The notes under the pieces: model-generated
Database searches by the model: none
Told to the model about the DNA's origin: nothing
The model's input: the letters and a program-made list of their open reading frames with translations, nothing else
Source of the DNA: a virus
DNA: 64,000 bases
Reading direction: 5' to 3' (one strand)
IMG/VR virus record: IMGVR_UViG_3300021375_000007
Location: 32,001 to 96,000 of that record
Shown here: positions 48,101-58,493 of the stretch, one piece after another
Layout: every line of letters begins with the position of its first letter
How positions within the stretch are numbered: position 1 is the stretch's first letter
Made by a program: the position numbers and the translations under genes

Positions 48101-50344
48101 AGGATGAGTTTCTAGAGATACACTAGAAGATATTCTATGCGTTATACGGCCAATTGCATGATCGGCGGCTTTTTGACAAGTTATACCCCAGGCCTGGTTA
48201 TTAATAGCACTATCGCTTGTCGGTCGAAGTGGATTACTGTTATTCGATGGTATTACATTGGTCTGGACTCTTAAATTCCAATAATCGCCATCGAATATAG
48301 GAGCATATGGAGTCGATGAGGATACATATCCATTAGATCCAGATATATAGAAATTAACTCTACCATATTCCGCTGACCCTGACATAGATCCGGTAGATTC
48401 TATAGATACTGCCCATTTATCTGATAATGCTAGCACAGACTGTTCCGAGCTAGTATATTGAGATTTAAATCGCACTTCCTGAGTCCATGGAACTGCACTA
48501 TATCCAGATACATTTGATAGCGATACGTCTCTCCAATTGGAAATTACATTACTACCTGTTAATTCTAATCCAAATACTCTACGGTCTTCAATTAATGCTG
48601 GGGTATCATTTGCGACCTTAGGTCCGCCATACTCTCTAATTGATAATAACGTTTGCGGAACACCATATGCATTCATTAAAGCTTTAATGCCTCGAGTGGT
48701 ACCTTTTGTCTTAAGCAGGTATGGTAAGTTATTAACTATTCTTCTCCATACTTCATGCGTAATTGACTCGCCTGACTTACTAAATAACGATCCGGTAGAC
48801 TGATAAGAACCCGATTGAGTTAATCCTAATTTATATTGCCATAATTGCTCGGCTTGCTTACCATTGGTTAATTGCCACCCCATTGATTCTGCCATTGGTT
48901 TTAGCAGATCGGCTGACATACCTAATTTAGGATGCTCCTCACGGGTGTATAAATTGGTAGCAAGTGCATTTACGTAGGTCCATAATATATCAAAATGCTG
49001 ACCAATCATATTAACGAACAGATCGTATTGATCGTTATTCGCATCATTACGAATGTGTTCTGGTATGGTCTTAGTTAATGAATCATCATTCGACAAATCA
49101 TATAGCGAGGCTGTAGATGAAAATCCTGTATACCAACTAGTACCTAAGGATGATGTTGTATGATGATTAACATAAACACCATTCGATAAATATTTTGGCC
49201 ATGGCTGTAAAGTATAGGTTTCAGCAAATATTGTAGAACCACTGACACCATGTGTCGTTAAGCTTGAAGTTGGTTCATTATATAACCATCGTTCAAATAG
49301 ATCAAATGAGCCAACTACATTATCCTTACGTTGTCGATTAACTCCTATGTTACCAACAATAGAACCTGAATCAGATCCGCTAGCAGCTGATAATGTACCA
49401 ATTTGAGTATCATAATGTTCTATAAGCTGTAATTTATATCGGAAATTTAATAATCTTTCTGTTGCCGATGAATAATGTACAAAGTTTTCAAAATTAGTAA
49501 AATCAATATTTAAATCAGCTCCTTGCAAGGAACCTGAGAAATATCTATCGATGACTTGCTGGCTTGTTGATAAATTAGTATCTAATAAATCATTCCAGCT
49601 TTTGAAATCAGTTTCGGTAACTGTACCATACCCGGTTTCAATATCCCAATTTGGTCCGCGTAATGTATTAAACGCATCATCCGTGGCAGGTGGTAAGATA
49701 TTAACATTATCAATGTATGGTTGTATTAATTCTTCGACTAAATATACACGTTGCTTTTCTTCAACGGTTGTCTCATCAAAGGTACCATAAATTTTTAAGT
49801 ATAAATCATTCTCATCACCTTTCGCGTTAATAATGCGGTATAATTCATTTTCGCCAAAATTAACAGAATAGCGTTTATTGATATTATTTATTTGAGCAAT
49901 TAACTCATCAGTAAATATAGGTGTTGGTTGATCTTGATACTCTACAAACCGTAAATGAATTTCATCGCGGTCAGGTGCAACTTCAACTATATATAAATCG
50001 CGATTATAATAATCACCAATATGATTACGTAGATAATTAAATGCAACTTTAAATTGCCCTCTACGAATATCAAGCTCTTCAAAGGCTTTAACTAACCCAA
50101 TATCTAATGATGTATCGTCATCAAGTATATCACGTACATCATAAACTCCACCAACATATTGAGTTCCAGGAGGAGGTGCATATACATGCATTTCCAGCTT
50201 AACATCTTCAAGGCCTTTTGGGAGATCTACATTATCAATATCATAAATAAGCAGATCTAAATCTAAATTACTAAACACCTGACCGCGTTCCGGGGAAGTG
50301 GACTCTTTAATCTCCTCAAAATTTTCGTATTGATCTAACGGCAT
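45176..50344 (-). CDS. Large baseplate wedge protein (gp7/P2 gpI-like core with lectin-like domains)
   Basis: 1722 aa; IPEHI...FVNMIGQHFD and YLLKTKGTTRGIKALMNAYG wedge motifs; LamG-like segments. Confidence 0.72.
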   Translation of the reverse strand: MPLDQYENFEEIKESTSPERGQVFSNLDLDLLIYDIDNVDLPKGLEDVKLEMHVYAPPPGTQYVGGVYDVRDILDDDTSLDIGLVKAFEELDIRRGQFKVAFNYLRNHIGDYYNRDLYIVEVAPDRDEIHLRFVEYQDQPTPIFTDELIAQINNINKRYSVNFGENELYRIINAKGDENDLYLKIYGTFDETTVEEKQRVYLVEELIQPYIDNVNILPPATDDAFNTLRGPNWDIETGYGTVTETDFKSWNDLLDTNLSTSQQVIDRYFSGSLQGADLNIDFTNFENFVHYSSATERLLNFRYKLQLIEHYDTQIGTLSAASGSDSGSIVGNIGVNRQRKDNVVGSFDLFERWLYNEPTSSLTTHGVSGSTIFAETYTLQPWPKYLSNGVYVNHHTTSSLGTSWYTGFSSTASLYDLSNDDSLTKTIPEHIRNDANNDQYDLFVNMIGQHFDILWTYVNALATNLYTREEHPKLGMSADLLKPMAESMGWQLTNGKQAEQLWQYKLGLTQSGSYQSTGSLFSKSGESITHEVWRRIVNNLPYLLKTKGTTRGIKALMNAYGVPQTLLSIREYGGPKVANDTPALIEDRRVFGLELTGSNVISNWRDVSLSNVSGYSAVPWTQEVRFKSQYTSSEQSVLALSDKWAVSIESTGSMSGSAEYGRVNFYISGSNGYVSSSTPYAPIFDGDYWNLRVQTNVIPSNNSNPLRPTSDSAINNQAWGITCQKAADHAIGRITHRISSSVSLETHPQMAGANSASYNEAWRTPDLHYVGGIANSAVGITQGLSGSIQEYREYIEKINDATFDLHTFNPTSYVGNNETSSFDTLTRHYVFGTDQHTFNHSVITSITSSHPDQSKLSFGAGMTTFATASGFANETNYDNNIETYYVDAPSLGGNNFRSQKIRLDNNRLVNVLSPENTAQRSKFENAPIDSERLGLFYSAADQYNKEIFNHIGPVELDDYIGDPNDQFEMSYPDLTKFAQQYWKKYTDRNDINDYIRVFSLYDFSLFEQIKQMLPARVIPSVGLLVEPNVLERSKVLLNDKPTVEQPAYSALIDDKEPTSSADYILYSGSIQPVADLLKASTVFHISASGYDNTPGTFTAEFSGSDPFAPMSYTITEALYTASSTGYYNNDIEIPATCSVIRNPRESEIFRQVERDYNPNQSFRHYPLNNYINGRAHDLSLNTERSTGNKRVLNDTTGSTANQLDITAGNFGKFLLVTSSNHPTNNFRPWSWILGAPDLIAGYVLDNAIIQATANPTSWLQVEFNAQGPYGPYDYNGTTRPYSGSGYFTDNGRTKIHIDDIKPLNGLNTETYDFKLIYATSSAELTNRISNASYQFHFSASITGSVPGLTYADNFAPLLIGGVAPSALGVGVSRSGSRFSFDLTGFNQTQKLYLAFNAQSSSATPTGIALNQISLSDVQVDPFPTEPVDFNFYSGNLTRVSASVSSSEARYNGREFVDINDIRIPSSGPSGSWSLSWLAQEDVGHTGSLRVMFGADNTNNPFISFRNHNGIGFSPQYHFISPNEYPYAEWYVGNDFNREDLNHFVLVYDGGDSGNATNIQLWINGIAYGGADFYIDWIAKQSIFGCIGSGMRADGANGGTYGFAGLIGQVQIYDGIRLSQSEVERLWQYPHHRIIRDPHARIQASNINLDIVVSRSLETAAYNDDFFTQTDNLYYNGCRITSADINVPTTQTPDNSAVVTVFETNPNQIIYSQNARNGNLRIR

Positions 50345-50376
50345 CTAGGAACCTTTTAAATAAATATCGGCTGCTG

Positions 50377-52704
50377 TTAAATTAGGTTGTTTATAATATT
50401 CTCATCTAGGTCAACGGTGGTTGCCAATGAATCACGGAAATTTTGTATTGATACTCTCATATCCATAATACTTAACCCGTCATTGGCCTGGCCGATTTCT
50501 CTATTCAATATACCTAAGAAGTGAGTATATGCATCTATAGAATTAGTACGTACTGATCGCATCTGCGAAATATTAGCGTCAATTGTAGCAATCATTCCTT
50601 CGGCATCTATATCATTAATCCGTGCTTGGTAATTATCAAACGCGGTTACAAACGAATCAGCATTTATTTCATTTCTAATTGATTCTAATCGATCGATTTT
50701 TAATTCAGCAACTTGCCGTAAGCCTGTAGATGCTGATAATAACTGGTCATATTCAGTTGATAGGGTGTTAATCTTATCTTTATATAAACGTTCCTGGGGA
50801 TTGCCGAATTCAAATTGATCGGCAGCTCTGGCATATGCAGCTGTCCCTAACCCCTGGGCTGCTACAGCAGCTGAAGCTAATCCAAATGTGAAGAAATTCG
50901 CAAAAGATGCAACCGCTGTTCCAATTCCTGATCCGATTGCAGCACCTTCAAAATAATTATCTAACGATCGAGCACCCGTTCCACGTTTCAATACATTAAC
51001 GGAATTTGAAACAACATATTTAAATCGATTATTCTCACCATCGACAATATCATCTGCAACGCGTTTCCAATCAATTAAATCATTTATCTGTACTTGCAAT
51101 GCATTGATTAAACCAACTGAATCAGATATACCAGCCGTAAGCTGAATTATCTCGGCTTGTATTTGTTCATTTAATGTAACCTTTAACGACTCAGGTGCAC
51201 TTGAATTACCATCAACTAGCCGGTTACCTGGAAATAATTCAGAGCCTCTTGCTCCATTTCTAATAGGATCATAATATTTTACAGATCCTCGAGGCTCATA
51301 TGGCGCTAAATACTCAACATCAAATACGTCAGTTAATTTAAGATAGTTTTTATATTCGGCTACTTCCAATGGCCTTAAGGCATGCGGAAATGAATTCCAA
51401 ATCGGTGAATTAATACCATCATCATTTAATATTATAATTACACCAGAATCAACTAATTTACGTAATGCAGCACGCAATAAATTAAACCGAGCTTCCTGCG
51501 CCGAATTAAAAGCATCTTCTTCCTCCTCTGAAGCACCAATTGGCAATGATTGGTTAAACCCAGACTGTCCACCACTTCCATTATCGACTTGGAAGCTAAT
51601 ATCTCCACCGGTTTCTGTTCCATATAATGTAAGTATATCTAAACTAAAGACAGGCCGCCATCTTCCATAAAATAACATGCGACATCCCTCGAGGTCATCT
51701 GCATCCTGTGATCCGCGGTTCGACAGCAGATTGGATTCGTTTAATGATTTAAATAATACAATTCGGCCTTCATATTTATCTCGGAGTTTTTCTAATGATG
51801 TTGCCTTATCAAAATTAGTAGGTAAATCCATTCCAGCCGATTGCCCTATATAATCCACGGGGTCTCGTTTGAATGGAGAATCCGGCCTATACCCAGAATT
51901 AAACCGTGTTTGTATAGACCAATTATCTAGCTGTGATACTTCTACTGGTAGCTCTTTAACATACATATTTAATCGCTGGTCTGGAGTTAATGAATTATTT
52001 TCCGTTGCAGCAGTAATAGCATTGTTTACGGCATTTAAACTTTCAATTGATATAGTATCATTTAATGTACGCCGTATTAATTTATTGAAAATTTCTACTT
52101 CAATTACCTGGATGGCATTATATCGTTGCTCGCGCGCTACTAACATTACCTCGAGAGTTTTATAATCAGGAATGCGATATAATATAGGTATGCCGTTTAT
52201 TTTTTTTCCATAAAAGACTTGCAAGTATTCTAAATTTGGAAAGATATCGCCTAGCATATAATACAAATGAATATCAGACGTCGGGCCATTCATAGTCGGT
52301 ATACTTTTCTTCGGCATAATAATAAATTTACCTGCGATATCTGGTAAGTCATCAATACCTATATCTTCTACATCAATAAAATAATGGTAATCAGTATCAA
52401 TTATTTCATTGTAATTATCACTATCAACAAATGTTAATTTTTGTAAAGGAATATTTAATGACTTAGTATCATCATCACCATCAATTTGTATAACGCCATT
52501 TTCACTTCTATCTAACGGTATTAGTTCAGGATAATGATTTATTGCACCCGCAGTTTCATATACCGGAGTAACGGTTCTAGCAACATATTCAGCTTCAGCT
52601 GCAGATGGTAATTGTGTTAAGCCTGGAAACTGCTCCTGTAATACACTTAATACTATTTGGTTTGAATTAACACCTTCGATATATTCAGTACTGTTAGTTT
52701 CCAT
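50377..52704 (-). CDS. Hypothetical baseplate-region protein
   Basis: 775 aa; hydrophobic Gly/Ala hairpin (GAAIGSGIGTAVASFANFFTFGLASAAVAA) flanked by coiled coils. Confidence 0.65.
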   Translation of the reverse strand: METNSTEYIEGVNSNQIVLSVLQEQFPGLTQLPSAAEAEYVARTVTPVYETAGAINHYPELIPLDRSENGVIQIDGDDDTKSLNIPLQKLTFVDSDNYNEIIDTDYHYFIDVEDIGIDDLPDIAGKFIIMPKKSIPTMNGPTSDIHLYYMLGDIFPNLEYLQVFYGKKINGIPILYRIPDYKTLEVMLVAREQRYNAIQVIEVEIFNKLIRRTLNDTISIESLNAVNNAITAATENNSLTPDQRLNMYVKELPVEVSQLDNWSIQTRFNSGYRPDSPFKRDPVDYIGQSAGMDLPTNFDKATSLEKLRDKYEGRIVLFKSLNESNLLSNRGSQDADDLEGCRMLFYGRWRPVFSLDILTLYGTETGGDISFQVDNGSGGQSGFNQSLPIGASEEEEDAFNSAQEARFNLLRAALRKLVDSGVIIILNDDGINSPIWNSFPHALRPLEVAEYKNYLKLTDVFDVEYLAPYEPRGSVKYYDPIRNGARGSELFPGNRLVDGNSSAPESLKVTLNEQIQAEIIQLTAGISDSVGLINALQVQINDLIDWKRVADDIVDGENNRFKYVVSNSVNVLKRGTGARSLDNYFEGAAIGSGIGTAVASFANFFTFGLASAAVAAQGLGTAAYARAADQFEFGNPQERLYKDKINTLSTEYDQLLSASTGLRQVAELKIDRLESIRNEINADSFVTAFDNYQARINDIDAEGMIATIDANISQMRSVRTNSIDAYTHFLGILNREIGQANDGLSIMDMRVSIQNFRDSLATTVDLDENIINNLI

Positions 52705-53825
52705 TATCTAGTAACCTTAAAATAAAATCCATCATCATGTATCTGCACATCATCCCCACCATCCTTTTCTATTTTGAGTACAAATTTATAATACCGTTCC
52801 GGTTGGAATGTATTTAATCGCAAATCAATATAATTGCCATTTGCATCGCAACTAATACGCGTAGCAGATGTATCAAATGGTATAATCGTTTCATTTGTAA
52901 CAGTATCTTTTACTGAATAGAATGATGAAGTTGGTAAACGGTTATCTGTTAAATAAAATGAACTAGTAACATAAGACTTGCTCGGAAATTCTGGTCTAAC
53001 CGCAATTCTGAATTTAGCACGACCATCTGCAAAATATTCCTTACGTATATTTTTAAAATTTAATACATATGAATCTGAACTAATTTCGGTATATGAACCG
53101 GTACCGGATAAGTTTGAATTATCCCATGCGGCTTCTAATCGAGGAACATATATTGTATGAGTATCTTTGCCAAAGAATTTCAAGCTACCTAATGGCTCAC
53201 CTGATTGTTCTTCTGATTCAGATCGTTTAATGACAAATCCATTATTCACAAATGAACCGGATACCCATTCTCTAACAATATCTGTTACATTCATTCTGAT
53301 ATCAGGTGACTGATAATTAAATGTCTGAGATGCACCAGAACCTGTATACCAGGTACCGCCACCTGCAGTTGATACCCCATTCGAGCCTGTCGAGCCATTT
53401 GCATATCCTGCAGTCAACCATTCGGTGCCTACTGCTTCTGAAGTTCGATATTGCCATGACGCTCCATTTGTAGTAATAGGAATATCAGCTTCATTACCAG
53501 TACCATTAACCCATGATTGAGATACGGCATATGCTTCAAGTGTATATTCTATAGGAAGATCTTCCGAATCGGTAGCTCTAAGATTTAAATAAAATTGAGC
53601 ATCGGCTCCTATATCACCACTTGCTATTGAAGATGAAATTGTTGTTATCTCAGGACCAAAATCCATTAAGATTCTAGTATTGAAAGTATTTAATGCAACA
53701 TTACCATCCAATGGCGATCCAGAGGCAATCTTAGTTAATTCCAATATTGGGTCTATACCAGTATTTTTTGTTTCATACCTTTCATATAATGTTGCATCAC
53801 GCTTTGGATAAAATAATTGATACAT
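52704..53825 (-). CDS. Virion protein with DNRLRE/CBM96-like beta-sandwich domain
   Basis: DATLYE, NTG.D.ILEL, RILMDF, MNVTDIVREW, NNGFVIK and PRLE motifs. Confidence 0.65.
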   Translation of the reverse strand: MYQLFYPKRDATLYERYETKNTGIDPILELTKIASGSPLDGNVALNTFNTRILMDFGPEITTISSSIASGDIGADAQFYLNLRATDSEDLPIEYTLEAYAVSQSWVNGTGNEADIPITTNGASWQYRTSEAVGTEWLTAGYANGSTGSNGVSTAGGGTWYTGSGASQTFNYQSPDIRMNVTDIVREWVSGSFVNNGFVIKRSESEEQSGEPLGSLKFFGKDTHTIYVPRLEAAWDNSNLSGTGSYTEISSDSYVLNFKNIRKEYFADGRAKFRIAVRPEFPSKSYVTSSFYLTDNRLPTSSFYSVKDTVTNETIIPFDTSATRISCDANGNYIDLRLNTFQPERYYKFVLKIEKDGGDDVQIHDDGFYFKVTR

Positions 53826-53838
53826 TTGCTATCTTCCT

Positions 53839-55722
53839 TTATAATTTAACAACTCTTCCTTTGATATCTGTATTCGGATATTTAACTTCGAATATAGATG
53901 GATCTAAAGAAGGATATATTATATTGTTACGTGTCGCGGCCTTGATATCATAAACATTACCACTATAACCCGCATTTGTATCAAATACATTTTTTACTTC
54001 AAATTCAACGACTGACTGTACACCTTCGACCTTATCTAAATCTGTCATGCAGTTACTAATACTAATCGGACCATTAACTTGATTGCGATCATTGCTAAAT
54101 TTTTCACGCAATACAGATAAACATCTTAATAATACTTCATTTGAATTATAATCAGGTCTTGTTATAATTTCAAACTCAATTTGAACATTAATAATAAATG
54201 CATCTTTAATACTTAATGCATCTGTTAATATTCGGTAATTAGATAAATAAGTTCGTAAATTTTCTTTTACAACATTATTAACTGGTACTAAATTTTTATT
54301 TGCATCAAATCCTAATAGGTAAACATCCAATCCTAATTGATTGGCAATTACATCTCTTGGATATTCTCTATCTGCCGTATTTAACTGACTATCCGGTGCT
54401 ATATACGCCTTTTCAACGCTACCATATTTAGCAGGCATTGCATATATACGCATTATATAATCTTCTTTTGTTACTGATCTATATTGAGAAGCAAAATTAC
54501 CTATAATATTTTGACGTAATGTTTCTACTGGTGGTAGATTAGAACCACCCGTGGCTGGTGTAGGATTATTAACCGCGATGCTATCTTTAGCATTTTGTAA
54601 CAATGTAGCATCTACTTCATCAACCGTAGTTAAATAAGTAACAGAGTCTACATTGGTAATTTCATTTGCACCTACATTATCATCTATACCTTTACCTACT
54701 GTATAAGTAACGGTTAATGTAATATTGTTAGGTGCTAACCCATAGGTATCAGTATATAAGAAATTGGATGGATCTAAAGCGGCATCGGTAGTACGTGATA
54801 TGACTGGTAATGATAACCCGACATTAGTTGGATTTGGTATAATAGCTTCATTAATACCACTACTAATACCAGCACCAAATTGGATCTCAACTCTACCATC
54901 ATCTCTCAACCGGCTAACAAACCGATGAGGAGTACGTGTTAATTTAAGTATATATGGAGCGGTAGATCGATTTGCTGATAATACCGGATCATTGTAAGAT
55001 ATATTACGAATGCTTTCGAATATTGTATCCTGGCCTAAGAATGGTACTTCTCTCCATCGGTTACCAGAATCATCAGTCATACTAACAATTTCAATAATAT
55101 TATTATCTGGCAATGCTATCTTATCATATATTTTTGGATCGCCGAAAGTAAAGGTTACGGTTTTTTGTGTACCGGAAATAACATCTACTTTCTTCTTAAG
55201 AAGATAGAAATCAACATTACCTGAGCCGTCAACACTATACACAGAAACATCTAATTCAGAATTACTACCAGATTGATGAAAGTCAACAACATCTAATGTA
55301 CGAAATTTTGTAGCACCATTGGTACTAACAATCATATTCTCATCCATTTCCAATGCATACCGGTAATCTGGTCTAGCAGCGGTACCGGTTCCAATTGCTG
55401 GTACGGTCTGGAAAACATCTAATTTAGCAACTGATGAAGCTACATTACGTGTCTGTACACCATAGAACTGAGATAACCGTAACATGTTTTCGGTTTCCTG
55501 AGCATATGGTAATAATGTTTCCTTTAAGGAATAATCAGTGTAATATGAAAGAACATCTCCTACATATGAAGCCATTTCCAAAAACATCATTCCTGGCGAT
55601 GATTCGTTAAAATCATTATAAGTATTAGGAAAATAGTTTTTAGTAAAGTTAATCAGGTTAGCTCTAAACTGCCCAAAATCTTTATTTAAATACTTAACGT
55701 CCTTTTCTACATATTCCGGCAT
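53839..55722 (-). CDS. Baseplate wedge protein (gp6 / baseplate J-like)
   Basis: KDFGQFRANL, MFLEMASYVGDVLSYY, IQFGAG, ATGG and RSVTKEDY motifs. Confidence 0.92.
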   Translation of the reverse strand: MPEYVEKDVKYLNKDFGQFRANLINFTKNYFPNTYNDFNESSPGMMFLEMASYVGDVLSYYTDYSLKETLLPYAQETENMLRLSQFYGVQTRNVASSVAKLDVFQTVPAIGTGTAARPDYRYALEMDENMIVSTNGATKFRTLDVVDFHQSGSNSELDVSVYSVDGSGNVDFYLLKKKVDVISGTQKTVTFTFGDPKIYDKIALPDNNIIEIVSMTDDSGNRWREVPFLGQDTIFESIRNISYNDPVLSANRSTAPYILKLTRTPHRFVSRLRDDGRVEIQFGAGISSGINEAIIPNPTNVGLSLPVISRTTDAALDPSNFLYTDTYGLAPNNITLTVTYTVGKGIDDNVGANEITNVDSVTYLTTVDEVDATLLQNAKDSIAVNNPTPATGGSNLPPVETLRQNIIGNFASQYRSVTKEDYIMRIYAMPAKYGSVEKAYIAPDSQLNTADREYPRDVIANQLGLDVYLLGFDANKNLVPVNNVVKENLRTYLSNYRILTDALSIKDAFIINVQIEFEIITRPDYNSNEVLLRCLSVLREKFSNDRNQVNGPISISNCMTDLDKVEGVQSVVEFEVKNVFDTNAGYSGNVYDIKAATRNNIIYPSLDPSIFEVKYPNTDIKGRVVKL

Positions 55723-55724
55723 TT

Positions 55725-56234
55725 TTATTCCTCTATAATATCAGCTGCTGTATCAGACTGAAATAATACTATTCTTCTATTAGCACCTCGTTCGGTTACT
55801 CGGAATACTATACTTATACGCACCGTATTCTCATCCGGATATACTTCTGCCGTAACTTCATCTAATATAATATAAGGTAGCCAGAAATTAATTACTTCTG
55901 TCAAATCACCTTCGATATCAGAAACTTCGTCCGGTGTAATTGCAATGCCACCTCCTGCCGTAATATTACCAAATATATAATCCGGTACCGGACTACCAAA
56001 GGTTGGTAACATAATTCTTTCACCTCGACGAGTTAACAATAAGTTCTTTAAGTTTGAAATTGCTTGAGCTTCTGTTGTATATGTTATAGAGAAAACAGAC
56101 CCACCACCAGTATTAGCATTATATGCCTGTGTCGCGGTTCTTCCGCCAGCAGCATTATTAAATGGTAATGCAACCCCTATGCCTATATCTGGCTCGAGGT
56201 CTAATGGTTGGTATGTAAATGTTTCTCTAGCCAC
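55725..56234 (-). CDS. Baseplate protein gp25-like
   Basis: NLKNLLLTRRGERIMLPTFGS and WLPYI motifs. Confidence 0.92.
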   Translation of the reverse strand: MARETFTYQPLDLEPDIGIGVALPFNNAAGGRTATQAYNANTGGGSVFSITYTTEAQAISNLKNLLLTRRGERIMLPTFGSPVPDYIFGNITAGGGIAITPDEVSDIEGDLTEVINFWLPYIILDEVTAEVYPDENTVRISIVFRVTERGANRRIVLFQSDTAADIIEE

Positions 56235-56237
56235 TTA

Positions 56238-56717
56238 TCAAACACCTTTCTTTTTATTAATTGCTGACATCAATGCAGAATAATCTTTTGTAATATTATC
56301 AACTACTGCCGCCACTTTTACATTTGATGTATCAACTGGATTATTATTAATATCCGTTACGGGTTGCTGAGCATGTTGTCGCATCATGCCAAATCCTTGA
56401 GCGTCATTGCTACCAAAAGATAATGTATCCTGTGATACCATCGGTTGATCGCCATACATTTCTTTAGGATTCATTGTTAATGCTGTTTCATTTAATAGAT
56501 CATTTAAAATAGAATCTTTAGTAAAGGATGTATCTCTTTTTCTAGCCACTGGCTTTGGTGTACGTGTTTCTTGGTACATATCCATGCCATGTTTCATACT
56601 TTTTCTGTGATCCGTTTTTTGTTCTTTAAGAAGTGTACGCATTTCAGCCCTTACGGCTTTTCGTACTTCTTCACTAATTAGTTTTCGCATAACTTTAACA
56701 AATGATTTGCTATCCAT
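56238..56717 (-). CDS. Hypothetical protein (candidate internal head protein)
   Basis: N-terminal MRKLISEEVRKAVRAEMRTLLKE; late motif upstream. Confidence 0.7.
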   Translation of the reverse strand: MDSKSFVKVMRKLISEEVRKAVRAEMRTLLKEQKTDHRKSMKHGMDMYQETRTPKPVARKRDTSFTKDSILNDLLNETALTMNPKEMYGDQPMVSQDTLSFGSNDAQGFGMMRQHAQQPVTDINNNPVDTSNVKVAAVVDNITKDYSALMSAINKKKGV

Positions 56718-56754
56718 GAGTCTTCCTTTTTTATAAATATATGTATAGTGTAGT

Positions 56755-57450
56755 TTAGGTGATTCCAGACCAGGTGATAATATTTATCGGTAATGTACTG
56801 CCTGGAGGCATAAATCCTATATAAATGCCAAATAGCGTAGATAAATGGTTACGGAATGCTTGTGCTAATAATTGTGCAGATTGTTCGTGAGTATTGCCTG
56901 GTGTAAATGCTAGCATGAGTTCAGCTTCTAATTGTTGCGGTACGCCTGGAAATAATACTATAGGACTAGGTATTGCAACAAGCGGGTCACCTACAATCGG
57001 ACCGTCGGTAATTGCATTTCGCAGCTCATTTTCTGCTATCGGTACAGTGCTATCAGCCATTGCCTGATCCATAATGTCGTTAAATTGTATATTTGGAATA
57101 AAGAACCCTGCTACTACTGGAGCTATTGTTGGTGGTGCTGCTGGAAATGGATTAAGAATGACCCCACCAGGACTCCAATACTTTATTATACCATTAGCTA
57201 ATCCTGAATATGAGCTAGGGGAAGTCGACTCTGCAGATTTTTCATTAGCACTAAATACCCCCTCGAAGGCATCTATTAGAATATCAATTTTAGGTACTAG
57301 TGTGGTTTGGCCGAATTGTGTCTGTGCTGGAGCTGTTGCGATTAAGTATTGAGCGGCTAGAAATTTTGCAGCTTCCTTGGCTCCCGTGGCAGGTGCCGTT
57401 CTAAAATATGTTGCAACGGATTGTTCAAATATATTCCACTGTGCTGGCAT
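56755..57450 (-). CDS. Hypothetical baseplate spike-associated protein
   Basis: 231 aa Ala/Pro-rich ORF coupled to the gp5-like gene. Confidence 0.6.
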   Translation of the reverse strand: MPAQWNIFEQSVATYFRTAPATGAKEAAKFLAAQYLIATAPAQTQFGQTTLVPKIDILIDAFEGVFSANEKSAESTSPSSYSGLANGIIKYWSPGGVILNPFPAAPPTIAPVVAGFFIPNIQFNDIMDQAMADSTVPIAENELRNAITDGPIVGDPLVAIPSPIVLFPGVPQQLEAELMLAFTPGNTHEQSAQLLAQAFRNHLSTLFGIYIGFMPPGSTLPINIITWSGIT

Positions 57451-58493
57451 TATTGACGCATTGCTTTAAGTTGGCCTAATAATAGTGTCAACTCAGGAAC
57501 TGCACCCGGAGCGCCTACCGTAGGACCGGTACCTGTTAAATATTGATATTGGGGGCTAGCAGATGCTTGTTCCTGGAGTAATGATATTAAATCTTCTAAT
57601 ACAGTAAACAATGAATCTAAATCCATTGCCCAATTCGGAGTTGCAACAGTTACTGTTTTCTTAGCTGATAATATAACCTCATCTTTCTTGCTATTGAATA
57701 CCAATCGATCCGATGTAATTATTACCTGTGCTCCAGAATATGTTGAACTAGGCTGTACTCCGGCCACGACGCCTAAGTTAGATTGAGCTGATTTGAATTT
57801 TGGTAACTTTTGATCGCTAGTTAATACTATTAAACTTTTTGTAGCATCAAAATCTTCGTTAACGGTTTTATTATCGCCATCCTTTTTCCATCCATTGGAT
57901 AATATCGTAATTGGCGATTTGTTACCTCCTTGAAATATACCACATGGTTTATTTGAATATTCGGTACGACCTTTAGTCCAACTAGTAGAAAATCTTAATC
58001 CAGACCCAAATCGGCTACTAAATATTATATCACCTTCATATGGTTGTAAGGACGATACACGGTCTTCTTCCTCCCATGATGGCGAGGACTTACTCTTACC
58101 TACGTTCCAATCGAACTGTTCTGTACGGCTGTCATTTGCCGCCTTAAACCAATATGTGCCTGGCGTAGGATTAATATTTTGATTATTGAATATATTAACC
58201 GTATTAAGATAATAATATTGGGTATCATATACAAGCGTATCCGTCTCTTCACCTGGTCCAGTACATACTAATACTATCTCACCTATTATAGGTACAGTGA
58301 ATCCATATTTGTTAAATGGCCGGATGCCATTAATGATGCTTGAGTTTCTTGAACTTAAAGGCCGTACGGATATTAGGTTGTTGATTTCAGGAGCCTGTTC
58401 TGGTACCGGTACCGGATTATCTGGACCTTTGAATCGAGTACCAAAATCATCGGGAGTCTCAACTACTTCAGCATAGAAGAAATTTGCATTCAC
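57450..58493 (-). CDS. Baseplate central spike protein (gp5/VgrG-like)
   Basis: PIIGEIVLV OB-fold motif, LQPYEGDIIFSSRFGSGLRF and beta-helix-like SDRLVFNSK; upstream of gp25. Confidence 0.7.
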   Translation of the reverse strand: MNANFFYAEVVETPDDFGTRFKGPDNPVPVPEQAPEINNLISVRPLSSRNSSIINGIRPFNKYGFTVPIIGEIVLVCTGPGEETDTLVYDTQYYYLNTVNIFNNQNINPTPGTYWFKAANDSRTEQFDWNVGKSKSSPSWEEEDRVSSLQPYEGDIIFSSRFGSGLRFSTSWTKGRTEYSNKPCGIFQGGNKSPITILSNGWKKDGDNKTVNEDFDATKSLIVLTSDQKLPKFKSAQSNLGVVAGVQPSSTYSGAQVIITSDRLVFNSKKDEVILSAKKTVTVATPNWAMDLDSLFTVLEDLISLLQEQASASPQYQYLTGTGPTVGAPGAVPELTLLLGQLKAMRQ

